Below, piece by piece: positions 25,063 to 39,198 of a stretch of 64,000 nucleotides of DNA. The stretch is from the NCBI GenBank assembly GCA_000934665.2, contig JYFJ02001220.1, forward strand, positions 1 through 64,000, read 5' to 3'. This stretch comes from Catajapyx aquilonaris (lineage: Eukaryota). The position numbers and the translations under genes were made by a program. The first letter of the stretch is position 1, and each line of letters opens with the position of its first letter. The notes under the pieces were generated by a model. The model saw only the letters and a list, made by a program, of their open reading frames with translations, made no database searches and was not told where the DNA came from.

Positions 25063-26517
25063 ATGAAGTCGTCGTTTGGTGCTTGCGTTTTGGCAGGTGG
25101 GTCGCTGTGCACGTGCATTGTTGTGGTTTTTCAAATTTTTTGTGAGAGTAATTTTGGGTTCCACGTGTCTTATTTGCTTTGGGCCGTCTTTTAAAATCTT
25201 GATCGACGTTTTAGTGTCTGTTTATATACCGTAGATATTTGTATCCGGTTAAAGGCTATAGCTGGCGCAGTAGTTTCGTCACTTCCGAAGGGCACAGCAG
25301 GCAGGGTATTGATCTTGTTCTGCTTGGAGTACTGTCGGAGGCGGCAATTGCACCGTGTGGTACCGAGATAATGTTTTTAAATTTCAGTTTTTTAAATTTT
25401 ACCACACTAACGCTATACAATCGCCAATAACTCGTGTAATAACACTGTTCGACAAGGGTATTTTTCTCGGGTTATGATATGTGTTTCAATAAGCCATAGA
25501 AACCAGTGTAATTTTGTAGAACAGTGTAATTTATAAAATCATATTTGCAATGACTTCAATTAAAACTGGTGGCTGATTGAAACAATCCGTACCTTATTTA
25601 TCCCTATAAACTTGGATGTTGAATATAGGCACCATATTTATAGTATAGTGGTCGAAGATGGATGCTAACCGTTCGGAGGGCTGTAAATGATGATGAGGAA
25701 GCTGTCGGAATGGGCTATAAAAATCCTGTTAAGGCCATTGTGAAATTATAGGTTCACGCCTGCATGCCAGATGCCCTAAATACGTACACTGTACTACAAC
25801 AGAATGCATGACCCATTTCAGACCCATATTTAGACTTCATTGGGTCGGCCATCACTTGACGTCTTATTGCTCTTTTTTTTGGTCTCCAACATGTGAACAG
25901 CATGCCTGCTGGGCATGTGCTGGGCGATGGTACCAGAATGCATACAGGAAATGGTCCAAGGAGGACAGAAGATCGCCAGCGCATCGGAAAGCGAGAAAGA
26001 AAAGCTGCAGTGCAAGTACGTTGCACATTCATACGACTAAACGTGCACTAATATTCTTTCATTATAGCCTACATGATTTGAGTATAGAAATTGTACTTAT
26101 GATCTTTTACATACAGTCAGATGCTTCACACTCTTGATTTGGTTTCTTGATAACTTCCAAAACGGCGTCTTTTAGGCGATTTAGGCGTCATTTTAATGTA
26201 ATGATTCCACCTTACAGGTTGTACGACGACACCATTACTTGCTTGAGCAATCCGGACATTCCGGATTTAATACGCAACCAATATAAGGCCAGGCTGGATG
26301 AAGCAAAGAGAGACAAAGTAATAAGTGTTGCTCTGCACAGAGCAGCAATAATTATCTTATTACTCATGATCCTAATAATTATTATTAATGTCTATTTTTT
26401 GTATTTATTTTGCAGGCGGAAAAATGCGCTGCCAGCGTAGGGCCAACTCTTGTTGCCTGGATGATGATCTTGCCAGTTATTTCTGCCATTTTAAGGCAGA
26501 ATCTGCTCGAGATGTGA
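25063..26517 (+). CDS. Array gene J: single-domain, putative GPI-anchored, 116 aa
   Basis: Exons 25063-25096, 25901-26015, 26218-26317, 26416-26517. MKSSFGACVLAACLLGMCWAMVPECIQEMVQGGQKIASASESEKEKLQC-KLYDDTIT-CLSN...KRDK-AEKCAASVGPTLVAWMMILPVISAILRQNLLEM*. Confidence 0.88.
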
Positions 26518-27842
26518 AGGGACCTTTGCTCCAATAATTGTAAACTGTTCACTGCCTTAGACGCAAATAATAATGAGCGTAATGCAGCAACTTTTATTAT
26601 TATTGTAAGCAGTCTTCCAGGCTGTAACTTTATAACTTGATAATTTCCAATCTATGCTGTTCAATAAAATTAGTACAGTTGCATTAGACTGAATTAAGTG
26701 GATAGCTTTTAGGAATAAAAAGAGGAGGTGCACTGGGATGCACTCGCTAAAATAATGTTGGAGTTGTTAATGACATTGATTTATGGTAATTTACTGGCGG
26801 CAATGTCGGTATTTTCATCATTCACTTATCGTGACCGCACACGTCAATTGATCTCAAGAGGACGGTACTGGTTGTAAGAGTATTGTTGCTTTCAAGCAGA
26901 AAATAAAACTGAAGCATACCCATTTAACTATTGATTCTTATGCCGCCATTGTTGGAAATAAGTGTTGTCATTGTGACGTGAGCAGCATTCTCTGGTTGAA
27001 TTGGTGACCTGAACGAATAATAAGAAGTAAAATATTTTGAACTCGGCAGTCGGCAGTCAGGTGAGTCTGACAACAATATGAGAGAGAGCTACGGATGCCA
27101 CCAGTGCCGATATACTGCCGCTATTGTTGAGCACAGCATGTGTCGGATTTAACTTTTGCAGTGGTCACAGCTCTTGCCAGCTGTACCTCCTTTGTATCAA
27201 CACTTGTAGGAGTTTTTTTTAAAAAAAACATTGCACTGCAGCATCATGTCTATCAATCATATACTGAAGCTACAGCAATTTTATTATTCGACTCAAAGAA
27301 AAGGTTACGCAATGACAGAATGAACGTGAGTGCCAGGATGCATGACAGATCAGTAGTGACCCCTGCATCATCCTTGCGGTATTTTGAGAAAACCGCACAC
27401 GTCTCTGAGAAATTCACTTATGTCACTCAGGAACATCCCTCTTGCGTCCTTATAATTATATCTCTTATGTAACCTCCATTCCACAAAATACCCAAAATAC
27501 CCAAAATACCACAAATAATAAACTAATCCAACACTTTTTGCAATAATCTCCCGGATTACGGCGAGTAACATAATCGGAGAATAATTATTCATGACCATGG
27601 GTCTTAGCCGTGAAACATTTTGATAGTTTGTCTCTCTCCGAGCTGCGGCCTACAACAGGCTAAAAATATATTCCTGCAAACCGAAGGCCCACATCATGGA
27701 TATCAGATGAAGAAGGGACATTCCAAAGGCCCTTCCAGGCCCCTCCCTTTTTCCGATTCTCTCCAAGTCAACTTCGTCAGTTTCGCGTTAGTCACCACAT
27801 CAGTTGGATAAAAACAAGCATAGTTACACATCCAGGGGCAGG

Positions 27843-28421
27843 ATGAGAAGGCTCCTACTTTACGCGCTTTTCTTAGCAGGTCAGTATTGCTGGTTGATCA
27901 TCAATATAATTTGTGGTTGGCTCAGAGTGTAATCGCAGAGTGATCATTATTGGCAGTGACCTTCCAATCGGCACCGGCTTTGCCACAAATGGCTGGTGTG
28001 CCACAATGTGTTCATGACATTAAGCATAAAGCCTCATCAACGGATCTCTCCAAGTCGTCCCAAAGCCAGCAGCAAAAGATGGTGTGCCAGTAAGTACATG
28101 AAAAATTATTTCATTGCAAGTTATCAAATTATTCAGACATTCTTCTCGTCGACAGGTTCACCAAAGAACTAATAGATTGCGTGGATAACGCGAAGATGTC
28201 TGCTGAAGTGCGCAAGAGTTTCGCTGCTGAGCTGAGCAATGCAAAGAAAGAATACCATGTCAGTACTGCAATTTAATTTTGTTTATGAATATTAATTTCT
28301 TTGTTTACATTTATGCCTTCCACAGGAAAAGTGCGCCGCTTGCATGGGACCCACCCTGGCTGCTTGGATGATGTTGCTGCCATTGGCTTCCATCCTCAAG
28401 CACAACCTGAGCTTGTTCTAA
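27843..28421 (+). CDS. Array gene K: single-domain, putative GPI-anchored, 122 aa
   Basis: Exons 27843-27879, 27957-28089, 28156-28258, 28326-28421. MRRLLLYALFLAVTFQSAPALPQMAGVPQCVHDIKHKASS...QQQKMVC-QFTKELID-CVDN...KKEYH-EKCAACMGPTLAAWMMLLPLASILKHNLSLF*. Confidence 0.9.
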
Positions 28422-29105
28422 TTGCAATCCAGTATTATTTGCCTCTTTGTACTATACATCCTGCGGGATGGTATGGCCTGATTATCCAACAGATATATAC
28501 ATGAATATGATAGAACCTATAGGTAAAAACATTGTAACTCGATATTTTCTATGTGTATGTGCCGTTTATTTCTGCTATGTCGCTGGACTTCATTTTAGAT
28601 TCCATACCAAGGTAACAGTACAAATTTATATAGTCAGAGCTTGTTTTGTGTTCAGTGCTCTCTCGGCTTTCTGGCTGATACATTTCTTATGGCATTTTGA
28701 TTATTGTGCCGCAAATCTCAACCAGATGACATTTTTTGTTAATTAAATAAATTATGGAATTATTGTCACATTTTATTGCAACCGCTAGAGAGTGTCGGTG
28801 GGTGTCTGCAGAGGGTGAGCCAAACATTCCTGGTGGGAACAGGTGATTGTGAGTGATTCCGATGGCTTCAGGGCCGTCCAAATGTGCTTCTGAACGATAT
28901 GCGGCCGTGGAATATTTTCACTTCTGGGTTAGTACGTCAACCCATGGACCGAACTAGTTAAAAATACACAACTACGTAGGCCTAGGCCAGGGACATTAAA
29001 AACCAGTCGGAGGCTGCGCGCTTTGCCTTCCTCTTTAGTCAGTTCTAACCTAGCCATCGTACTAAGTGGTTTGTTCTCTCTGGGCTTACCACATACATAG
29101 TGAGA

Positions 29106-29891
29106 ATGAAGCCTCTTGTTCTTTGCGTTGCCTTCGTCACAGGTCAGTCTGTCATGATATTTTTTAAAAACACAATCCTGCGTCCCAGAATAAACCCACC
29201 TGTGCTCTGATATTTATAGTTGAGATCAGGTCCTAAAGATGTTAGGCTTCCTGGCCTGACATGCATGATGGAGAATGCAGATCTGATTATTTATTGTCAG
29301 AGTATGGTCATTATTCTGGGATGACTGAATCCATGGTCAGGTTCTTTCTGTACCGGTATATATAATTATATGGAAAATACTAATGCAATAGATTTACTTT
29401 GGCAGTGTGTTTGTTGAGCTCATGTTGGGGGTTCTCGTTCGTCCCCAAGTGCCTGCAGGAAATCCAAGAAAAGGCTGAAAAATTGAAATCGTCCTCTCAC
29501 TTTGAGCAGTTAATGAACGCGTGCAAGTAAGACATTTCGTACTCTTTTTGACAATAGAGTTCGAATACTATTTTGTTTCCGCCCCCCCCCCCCTCTCCTG
29601 TGTATAGGTTCTCCAAAGAGACTATCCATTGCCTAGAAAACACGGGTGAGGTCATTCCTTCGGAGACAGTGCGCCAGCATTACATGGATCAGCTGAAGAG
29701 AATTAAGAAGGAATACCAGGTATAGGCCTATAACTACACATAATTACACGCTTATGACGCCAATAATAATAATGCTAATATTGTGTTATCCACAGGAGAA
29801 ATGCGCCGCCTGCATCGGACCCACGTTGACTGCATGGATGTTACTGCTTCCATTGGCGTCCATTTTAAGGCAGAATATGAACTGGTTCTAA
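29106..29891 (+). CDS. Array gene L: single-domain, putative GPI-anchored, 121 aa
   Basis: Exons 29106-29142, 29406-29526, 29608-29719, 29796-29891. MKPLVLCVAFVTVCLLSSCWGFSFVPKCLQEIQEKAEKLKSSSHFEQLMNAC-KFSKETIH-CLEN...KKEYQ-EKCAACIGPTLTAWMLLLPLASILRQNMNWF*. Confidence 0.9.
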
Positions 29892-31615
29892 TTAACTCGA
29901 ATGTCAATATATCATATTTTTATTTTTAAAATCACATTTTTGACAGGATTGTACAGGCAGAAAATAACAGCACATGACTTGTGCCACTTGTTACTTTGGG
30001 TAAAGTTTATTCAGGTATGGATTCACTTTGGTGTATATGGGTAATAAATCTTTTACACACATGGTTGAAATTATCAATCAAAATGTTGGTGTGGGATTAT
30101 TTCGTGTTAGATTTCTGTCGCAGGAAAGAAATTCAGCTTCATTAATGAAAAAACAAAATGCAGACCTATTTTTCCCAGGTGCATGCTGTAGCCTTCATTA
30201 TGGCATCATGAAGTACAGAATGAGCAAGAACATCCCAGTTTAATTAGTCGCGTGCAGTATGTTATGGTACATTACACAAATGGCAACAGAAAGAGCAGCA
30301 TAAACATGGCTGGAGCAACACCCTTGAGAGTTACGACCTACAAATAAGAAGCTATATTGCGCATCGCCTCATTTGGAAACCACACACTGTGCTGCAAAAA
30401 TCAGTTACACGGAAAGAGTCATTGCTGAATACCGTTCAGCCATTATTTCAGGCCAGAGTTTATGATATGATTGGAAAAAAGCCGTGGCCGTGAGGAAGAT
30501 CTCAACTTGATCCGGGAAATAAATGCCAATGTAAGTAGCCTACCACTTGATAACATCATGGGGAAACTGTTTCGCAAAAAATCGCTATATTATCAAGAGT
30601 GAAACACATTGTGGTATACCGCGATCAAAGCTGGATGCACAAAAGAATGGAGCCGGAAATATTTCATTTCGAAAAAAATGTGACACATTCACCAAACTGG
30701 ATGATAACTTTTAACCTGGCTACCATTATAGAAACCCAACCCATTTTAAATAAAATTAATACATGCTACATGAAATTTAATATTTTAAAATTATTTACTT
30801 CCATGAGGAACTGAAGACGACTTATCAGCAACATATTATGTTTCACTAGTCAGCAGTAGCGAGTATACTATAGCCTACGGTACATCTGCACATCTATACC
30901 CCCCAGGAAGAATGGTGGAAATTACTTGCGAAATATTTATCTTTAAAAAAACAATTAATTTATGACAACAAGTCAAAATATAGACGTCTACAATAATTTA
31001 TTATTTCTTCTCCTGACCTACTGGAAATGAGAAGGTTCTTGACTTGCTCAAACAGTTTCTTGCATGTTGCACATTACCACTGTCAAAATAAACACTTAGG
31101 CTGTTCGGTCCTTTATGGATCAATTACTGCAGAAATGGTATTGCTCGTTATAGAGAAGTTGCTTTTGCGTAGGCCTACGTAAAGAAGCAAGCATGTTATG
31201 CAATGAAGCAGCAGTGACATACAATAATTCATGAGAGTAAGTTTGGAATGTTAATTCCAAATAACATCTGTGCGCAGAGAACTATTCCAGATAGACCGAG
31301 TACTATGAATAAATGTAGGCTATTCAGCCTCAGAATAGCCGCACTGGTATCACAATAATCCCATTGATACTTACAATGTCGATATTGCTGTTGGCCATTG
31401 TGAACGGAAGTACTATTTTACGCCTTAATTCACTATAGACGTGTGCTAGATGGAACGCCCACACTTTTGTCTTGTGCTGCTAATTGCGACTTGGACGCAA
31501 TGTTGGACGGTACCCCACTTGGCTCTCCAACCTGTTTCGAGTGTCAGATTAGTCCAGCTGGGAGATACCTGTACTTCTATTCAGTGCAGCGGTCACTAAT
31601 AATTATCACCTGAGG

Positions 31616-32506
31616 ATGAGACTTCTGGCGTTATTCGCAGCTATCCTGCTTATTGGTGAGCTATATGAATCCGACGTTGATTTAAAGCCTTGTTCTCTCT
31701 GTGCATTGTTCGGTTTCTATGCTGGTACCCAGTGTGTTGGTTTCACCTGAGTTCGGCTCTGGACCTGCCCCTACCAAGATGCCTGACAGATTTGCAACCA
31801 TTGGCGGATAAGTACCCTCGAGACGACATACCACGTCGTTGTGCGTAAGTTCCATGCTTTCTACCGGCATCCCATGAAAGATTCAAGCAAAATAAGAAGA
31901 AAAATAATTCCAAAAATATATATATATAATATATCCTGATTGGTTTGGGGATTTCCACTGTTTCGAGTAAAGTGGAATAATTATTCTAATTCTGTAGGGG
32001 ATGTAGCAATATAAGATGTTACTGACAATCACTCTGCCTTAACATTCCACAGCACAGTAATTGAAGATGGAGTGTTTGCATTCAATTCTTTCAATAATAT
32101 TGTTTAATACCTGCTGTGACGTTTATATATAAAAAGTAATATGTATGTATTGATATAAGTTACGTGCATCCACTTTCCTTTCCAGACTTGCAAGGGAAAC
32201 TGTAATATGCTTGGAGCAGAGCGATAGCACAGAAACACTCAAGACACTCCTGGAAGGTGCCCACGAATTTTTGAATGTAAGTATAGCATCATGCGGAAAC
32301 ATTCAGCAAATAAAATTATTATTTGTTACTAGAGTACAAAATTCGGTATTTCATTTGAGTTCAATTGATGTAAGGAGGTGAGCAAAATAATATTTTTCTC
32401 TTTTAATTTTCAGGAAAAATGCGCAGCTTGCGTCAGTGCCTCTTTCGCTGCCTGGATGATGGTTATACCCATCGTGGCCATGATCAGAAACCTACTCAAC
32501 TTTTAA
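31616..32506 (+). CDS. Array gene M: single-domain, putative GPI-anchored, 111 aa
   Basis: Exons 31616-31655, 31733-31844, 32186-32276, 32414-32506. MRLLALFAAILLIVCWFHLSSALDLPLPRCLTDLQPLADKYPRDDIPRRC-ALARETVI-CLEQ...HEFLN-EKCAACVSASFAAWMMVIPIVAMIRNLLNF*. Confidence 0.9.
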
Positions 32507-33426
32507 CCAACTCTTCCTCTTTTAAAGATATTTTATTAAAAATAATGAACTGGTTACGGTACCAATAATTTGTACTCCTTAATTGTACCAAGAATCTGGA
32601 ATTATTTTTTTTTCCCTTTACAGGCAACTTATTCCATTAAAGTATTGATAACGCTTCGGAGGTGACACAAGCTTATTTATCATAATTCCCCGAAAATAGT
32701 GACACCTACTTACCTGCAAAGTGGTATTCAAATAACAGCTGCATCGTGTTATGTAAGTATTTATTTACACAACAATGGTTAGTATTACTTTCGTGTGCTC
32801 ATTTGACTTTTGGGCAGAATATATTGTTGAAATAAACATGAAGTCACGGGGGCCGTTCCTATAAAAGCCGACTGACAGGTGCCTCATTCCTTATGGTGTA
32901 ACCCGAATATATATATTTTTTTGCTTTTCCGGAGTCCCCCCCCCCAGTTACCAAAATATCTGTTTTTGGCCCTCCTCCATGTCTGCCTTATGCTTCGGAT
33001 TATTTAACCGGAGGGCATTCCAACGTCTTTCAGATCAGGTGCCATCAGGCTCTCGCCCAAATAATACAAGGTCAAAGTACACGCTAAATTATACTGTTAC
33101 TTGTAAGTGAAAACAGTATAAGCCTACTTGTAAGTCACCCTCGTATGACAACACAATTTTTTTTTTAAAAAAAAAAATCGTTTATTCCTGGAATTGGCGC
33201 AAGACCCGCCAATTACAATGTGACGTCACGATAAGATAATGAATGGCCAGCAAAAAACGGAATTTCGCATGCTGCGGTCAACCGTGCAGAGAGCACGGAA
33301 ACGAATCCAAGGCTGCAACCTACTCGGGATAGAGAGTCAGGGAGCTGCTCAGTACGACCTTTATCGATATAAACAGTCTGCTGACACACACACTCGAGAG
33401 GAGCACGAGCTGGCTGCTGCACAACA

Positions 33427-34709
33427 ATGAGGGTCCAGTCCATCTTTCTTCTGACCATCCTGGCAGCAGGTGAGTGCAGGACATTGATGCATGTCACAAG
33501 CATCAAGAGCAGGATATTAGCTGATTTGTAGTGGTAGGGGGAAAAAAAAAGGTTTGTGCTAATAATAGTAGATGCATCATTGAACTGTCTTGATATTGCC
33601 CACCACATTTCCTGTACTTTAAGCAACATACGTATGTTGCTAATACAGGAAATGTGCAATAGCAATGCAGTTCAATAGTAAATTAGGGTATGAAATCATC
33701 ACAAAATTGGGTGCGGCTTGCGTCAGTGAATTGGATTATTGCTCTCTAAGTCTGTAGAATTGGCATCATACCAACATGACTGATGTAGAAGGGCTTGGTG
33801 TTGCGTAACTGTATAAGAGTACAGCATAATGGAATCCAAGCGACTCTGTAAAAATGGAGCTGACATGCTTAGAATTGTGACCCTGCCCCACGTTACACAT
33901 TTTCTCATTTTGGATGTCTCGGGATCCTGCAGATGTGATGAGTAAATTCCTGGGTACACAGCAAATAATATGCCAGTCATCGTTTGTGGGGATAAGAGCG
34001 CATGTACAGTATACTTCATCCTCATGGCAACGTCTGTTCGCAGACTAATGCCTATTGCATTTCTATATTTTCCAGTATTGGTAGTGACACAAGGTGATGA
34101 TTACCTGGACTTACCAAAGGATTGTGAAGACAAATTGAAGCAATTTGCGGTGCCAAGCAGTGACAAATCCAAGTCAGATAAGAAAGCACATTGCAAGTGA
34201 GTTCAAAATACTGTTTGTTTTTCCATGATATTTGCGACATTCTGTGATATTATTGTACCATACAGGATGATTGAAAGTGGTATAAACTGCATGCAAAAAT
34301 ATCTCGACGACAAAAAAGACAAACTGGATGGAAGGAAGGTGTCAGCAGCACAATCAAGGTTGAACATGATGAAGAAAAATAAAGCTGTAAGTACCATACA
34401 TATCAAAATATGCGCATAATGAGCATGCATCGCGCAATCCATTGAAGAACTAGTTGTGATAATTAAATAAGCGATTGCCAAAAAAGTTTCTGCAAAGATA
34501 TAAGTAGTACATAAATCACCATTGCCATTGTCAATAATAATGAAATATAAAAACAGTGGTCTTATGAAGGGTAACAGGTTTATAAATTTTAATTGCAATT
34601 TGCTTTTCAGGCCGCATGCTCTGGTAGACTCAGCGTTCTTCCACCTACTCTCTGGATGCTAATTCTGCCTGCCATGTCCATTCTTGCATACAAGAATGTC
34701 AGCTCCTGA
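33427..34709 (+). CDS. Array gene N: single-domain, Lys-rich, putative GPI-anchored, 127 aa
   Basis: Exons 33427-33469, 34076-34196, 34266-34386, 34611-34709. MRVQSIFLLTILAAVLVVTQGDDYLDLPKDCEDKLKQF...DKKAHC-KMIESGIN-CMQKY...KKNKA-AACSGRLSVLPPTLWMLILPAMSILAYKNVSS*. Confidence 0.88.
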
Positions 34710-37360
34710 AAACTTCTAGTTACCACACCAAAAGGTTTCATACCAAAGAATGGCCAAGCTGTTACCTACAATACTCACATCTTGTTATCCTCCTGCACCA
34801 ACCAAAGTACTCGTAAGATAATCAAGTGGGTACCAATGTCATTGTTATCAGTCATCCGTCCAGAATTCCCTTAGCACAAAGAATTATTATTCTTATTAGC
34901 ATGGTTATAGGCTTGCACAAATTACAGCAGCTTCTCAACAAGGTCCACCATCATAAAACTCAGAACAATATATTACAATATCAAGTTTCAAGTTGAGGTT
35001 AGGCTGTTAAATTGTATATCATAGGATTTTAAATCATATCTAGTACATTTAAGAATATTAATTAGATGGCTCTTGTTGAACTACCAGGATGTTGTGTGCA
35101 ATATTCAATGTAAGGTGATTTTACACTATTGGGCCAGGTGTGCTCAATACAGAATAATGGTAGCATAATATGTAGGTGAAACTTGGCTGCAGTGGGAAGC
35201 AAGTCGATTCATGCCAGGTGTCATAATGACATCAACTCACACTACTGTAGCGCAGTGGTTCTCAAATGAGCATCCCATGATCCCGCAGGCCCTTGCCGTC
35301 ACTTATGCCCAGAGAAGCAAACAGTTTAACTCACTATTCTCAAATAAAGGTGACTCTTCGATTAGTTCGTGATACACAAGTGCTTTGAGAACTATTCTAT
35401 AGACAATCAAGTTGTTTCTCTTGTTATCAGAAGAAGCAACAGCATAGGTTTATACCTCAACCGGTACAACTGCATTGTTTATCTCAAAAAATCTATGAAT
35501 TCACAAGTGACTTGTGGTACAAATCTACATTATTTTTAAATCCCAGCATTTTAATATAATTGTTTAGGGAATTTGGGTGACAATATGATTACCCTCAACC
35601 AAGGTGTTGCAATATCTGTCATAAGCATTGCTCACCATAGGACCCTGTATAACTTTTCCAAAGAGAATAATTATTAAAATAAAGAATTTTATGAACGTTT
35701 AAATAATATTATGTTTCACTGGGTTTCAGGATAAGAATGCATGCAGTACAATATATGGAACATGTGAATTATGGAGTTAAAGGACACTGCAGGTCTCCTG
35801 GAAAACATCATGTCACCTTGTCAGGTGCAACACGGAGAAGAATATTGCAGCCTTGAAGTCGTCTAGGACACCATTCACAGCCTTCTGAATATGTTTGTGC
35901 TGAAGTACAGTTAATTCTGCCTCACATGCAAATTGCTCAATCCCACTCCACACTCAAGGATGATTGACTGATTGATTCAGCTTTTAAGGGCGGCAATGAC
36001 CATGCTGCGCCCAACACAGTTCTACGTTGGGCAGGCTATGCCAAGCCAGCCGAACGTAAATAGACAAAAAGTCAAAGAATAAGTGAAAAGGCATTTAAGG
36101 ATTCATTGATGTGCGATACGAGCAAGCGAATATGTATCGAACATAAAATACAACATGTGAAGATCAACGTTACACGTACGTATATATTTGAAAAGTCAAT
36201 GGTCATATATCTATTTACAAGTTAGATCTATGGCAGTCAAAATTTCAAGGACATGTCTAAGTTATGTATACACTGTAGCTGATAATGGGCTTTTGACTTA
36301 TGGGCAAGTACTTCACGGTGCATTTCAACCACGGAAGTCAACATGCCTCACACTCTTTGCGCTGACCTCTCTTCATGTTGCTTGGAGCTTCACAGCGGCA
36401 TGCCTCATGAGAACGGCAACGGTCTGGCAGCAGGGGAAACCATCCCGCTAGAAAAAGGAAGCAACAGTGAGGTTCAGCCACATGCTCCAATCAATTACAC
36501 TAAATCCCCCCCTGTAGACACAAGTAGTCCTGAACTCATTGAATCAAAATTACTCTCAGCAAAGTCAACAAACAAACAAACAAACTGCCTGGGGAATATG
36601 TGTGTGTAGGAGAGAAGTCCTGGGGGATCAGGAGAGAAGCCATATTCTGCTCCATCGCATAGCAGCTTCTCGGATGTCGCGAAACGATTATGACATTGTA
36701 AACATGCTTTTGCAAAATATGCTTAATTTTAACCGATAGTAATTCATTGTAATATAGATAAACTAAATTTGAATGTATAATGGCAGGAATTACTATATTG
36801 GCAGAAATAACAGCTACTTTTAATTAGCTACAGTCACTACTCCCTGATTTTCACTGCGAACGCATTTATTCGCCGCTAAATATGAAATCACCAATCCGAT
36901 TTAATAGTAAATAGCCAGTAACTTTACGATGCTAATTATTATGTTCAGACACACGCCATTTCCAGGACACATTCGTCCAGTTCCCCCCAGTTAATTGTAA
37001 ACCAATAATAATAAGTAAACATTTTAGAATGAGGAAAAATTCATGTGTCCATCAGGACCGTGATTAATAAGGCATACCAACGGGAAAAACCAGCTCAATT
37101 AAATAGGAGAGCAACATACCAATGATGACGTTTGTTGCATATTCCATTATTGTTCCCCCCCCCCCTCTTCGCATGTTTTTCTAGGGGCCTGACAGGAAAA
37201 TATTTGATTTGCCTAAACCATCAAGAGAGCGCACAGCCTATCATAATTCCCACCAAAATGTAACCAATTATGTATTTTAGGTCCTCACAGTGATGTACTA
37301 TCATGCGACATAAGTGCAGGGTTTGACTATAGTGGCCTGAGGAGCATCGACCAAACTCCA

Positions 37361-37421
37361 CCAGGTGGAAGTGTCGTATAGTCACGCGAAAAAAAAAATT
37401 GTCTTCGTTTCCAACTGTGTA
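37361..37421 (+). promoter_or_regulatory. Conserved upstream module of genes O/P/Q (E-box CCAG(A/G)TGG plus GTTTCCAACYGTGTA)
   Basis: The same two motifs occur in the same order before O (37361, 37407), P (39015, 39081) and Q (42176, 42267). The second motif starts 107-118 bp upstream of each ATG. Confidence 0.55.
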
Positions 37422-37521
37422 CAGTAGGCCAGTAAAATTCCGGCCCTGGACACAGGGACATCTTCTCTGGAATAGTGTGCTCTGGTCGTCACCAGCTGAC
37501 TTCAGAACAAAGGGCCTCACC

Positions 37522-38414
37522 ATGAAGTTCCTTCTGATCTGCTCAATCCTACTGGCAGGTGAGTCCTGTGATTTCAATAACATTGGTCCCCCCATATCGT
37601 GCCAAAAACCAGATGTGACAACAACGCTATTTGTTTCCTCCATTTAACTTGGCGCATGCTGGTCAGGTGGCTAAAAATAATATAGGCGGTTCACTGCTTG
37701 AAACTATCGGTGTGGGCCGCTGCCACCCATGTTTTTCAATTGTGCAAATAGGCGTTGGAAAATAATTATACCGAGGAGAAATATGTTGCCATTGAAGGAA
37801 TAATTTATTCAATTACGTTCAAAAAACCGAAAATCTCGAAATCAATCAAATGCGACTCTCTTATCAGTCTTGTGCATAATTTTCAGGCCTTCAAACGAAT
37901 ACCTGTGAAACCTTTTGACTCTACCACTATTGTATGATTTATCCACAGCGTTAGTGATGGCCACCAACTCTGAGTTCCTGTCGGAAAGATGCGACAACGA
38001 GTTCACAAACCTGTTGTCATGGGCCCGTCTGAATAAAGATGATCCGGATCAAACCAAAGAAATGTATTGCAAGTAAGTCCGTTGCTTGATGTATGATGAT
38101 TTGGACAATAATGGCTTCAAAATGCTGCCCTTTTCGTTTTGTTGTCCAGCATGTTCCAGAACGTGCTGAAATGCGCCGAATACGACATTCAGAACACGAC
38201 GATGAGGGTTCGAAACAGGTCGGCCACATCCAACAAACTGAACCAACTAGCCGAAGTATTCGAAGTAAGCCTCTTTGCTTTATCTTTTTTAATAAAGAGC
38301 AATGCACTCACTTGTTACGTACCTCAGGTGGTATGTTTCTCCTGCGGAGGACCAACCCTGTACATCTGGCTCCTGGCTCTTCCTCTGGCTGCTCTTCTGC
38401 GGCCCATGAACTAA
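37522..38414 (+). CDS. Array gene O: single-domain CDxEF subfamily, putative GPI-anchored, 120 aa
   Basis: Exons 37522-37558, 37949-38072, 38150-38264, 38328-38414. MKFLLICSILLAALVMATNSEFLSERCDNEFTNLLSWARLNKDDPDQTKEMYC-NMFQNVLK-CAEY...EVFE-VVCFSCGGPTLYIWLLALPLAALLRPMN*. Confidence 0.9.
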
Positions 38415-39198
38415 AACATATCCTCATGACAGGCACAGAATGGCTGTATGTTAAATTCATCATTTATAAATACATGTCGCCTATTCGACTCATCCAAACA
38501 AATTTTGTCACATTGTGGCTCAGCTCTTTGTACAAATGACGTAATGAAAGTGCCTGCTTGTACAGAGACGTTTTTCAATCATTCTAATTAATTTTACATT
38601 TCAGCTTTGCCTTTGATGTAATACCGACAGGTTCAAAGATTTTCGAGCAATATTTTTGTGCAAGTCACCAGGCAATGCAAAGCAGCAATGTCTGACATAA
38701 TTTCTTTATTTGGAGCATTGTTCATGTGATGTGCATAGACTCGCATGTAGCACCCAGAGTGGCACATTCAAGGCTGGAGCCGGAATTAATTATGATGAAA
38801 GCATCCGCTAATTTACGAAAAGGGGCTTCTTCCATCCCGTTAATCGGATAAAGACACGCCATATTATATAACAAACACCCAAGGGGGACCAAAGTGGCCC
38901 AAAGCGGATTCTGGATTGATTTAGACCCGGTCCTGTTGTATTACATTTGGGAATATATAATTGGAAGTGGCAAAACATACTGAAAATCAAGTCTGGAGCA
39001 TCGGTCAAATCCCGCCAGATGGAAATGTTGTCGTCACTCGCATAAACTTTTTTTTTTTTAATGATTTCGTTTCCAACACGGTTTCCAACCGTGTATGTGC
39101 GTGGGTCTGGAACACATCTGTATCTTACACTCTCTGAAGACCGCTTCTCTCTTCGTCTCTTTGCCACATCTCCTGGACAAGAGTGTCCAAAGCTGACC

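Noticed and set aside
35700..36700. Short ORFs or a possible decayed gene or transposon between N and O
   Set aside because: No recognisable motif, consistent splice structure or terminal repeats.
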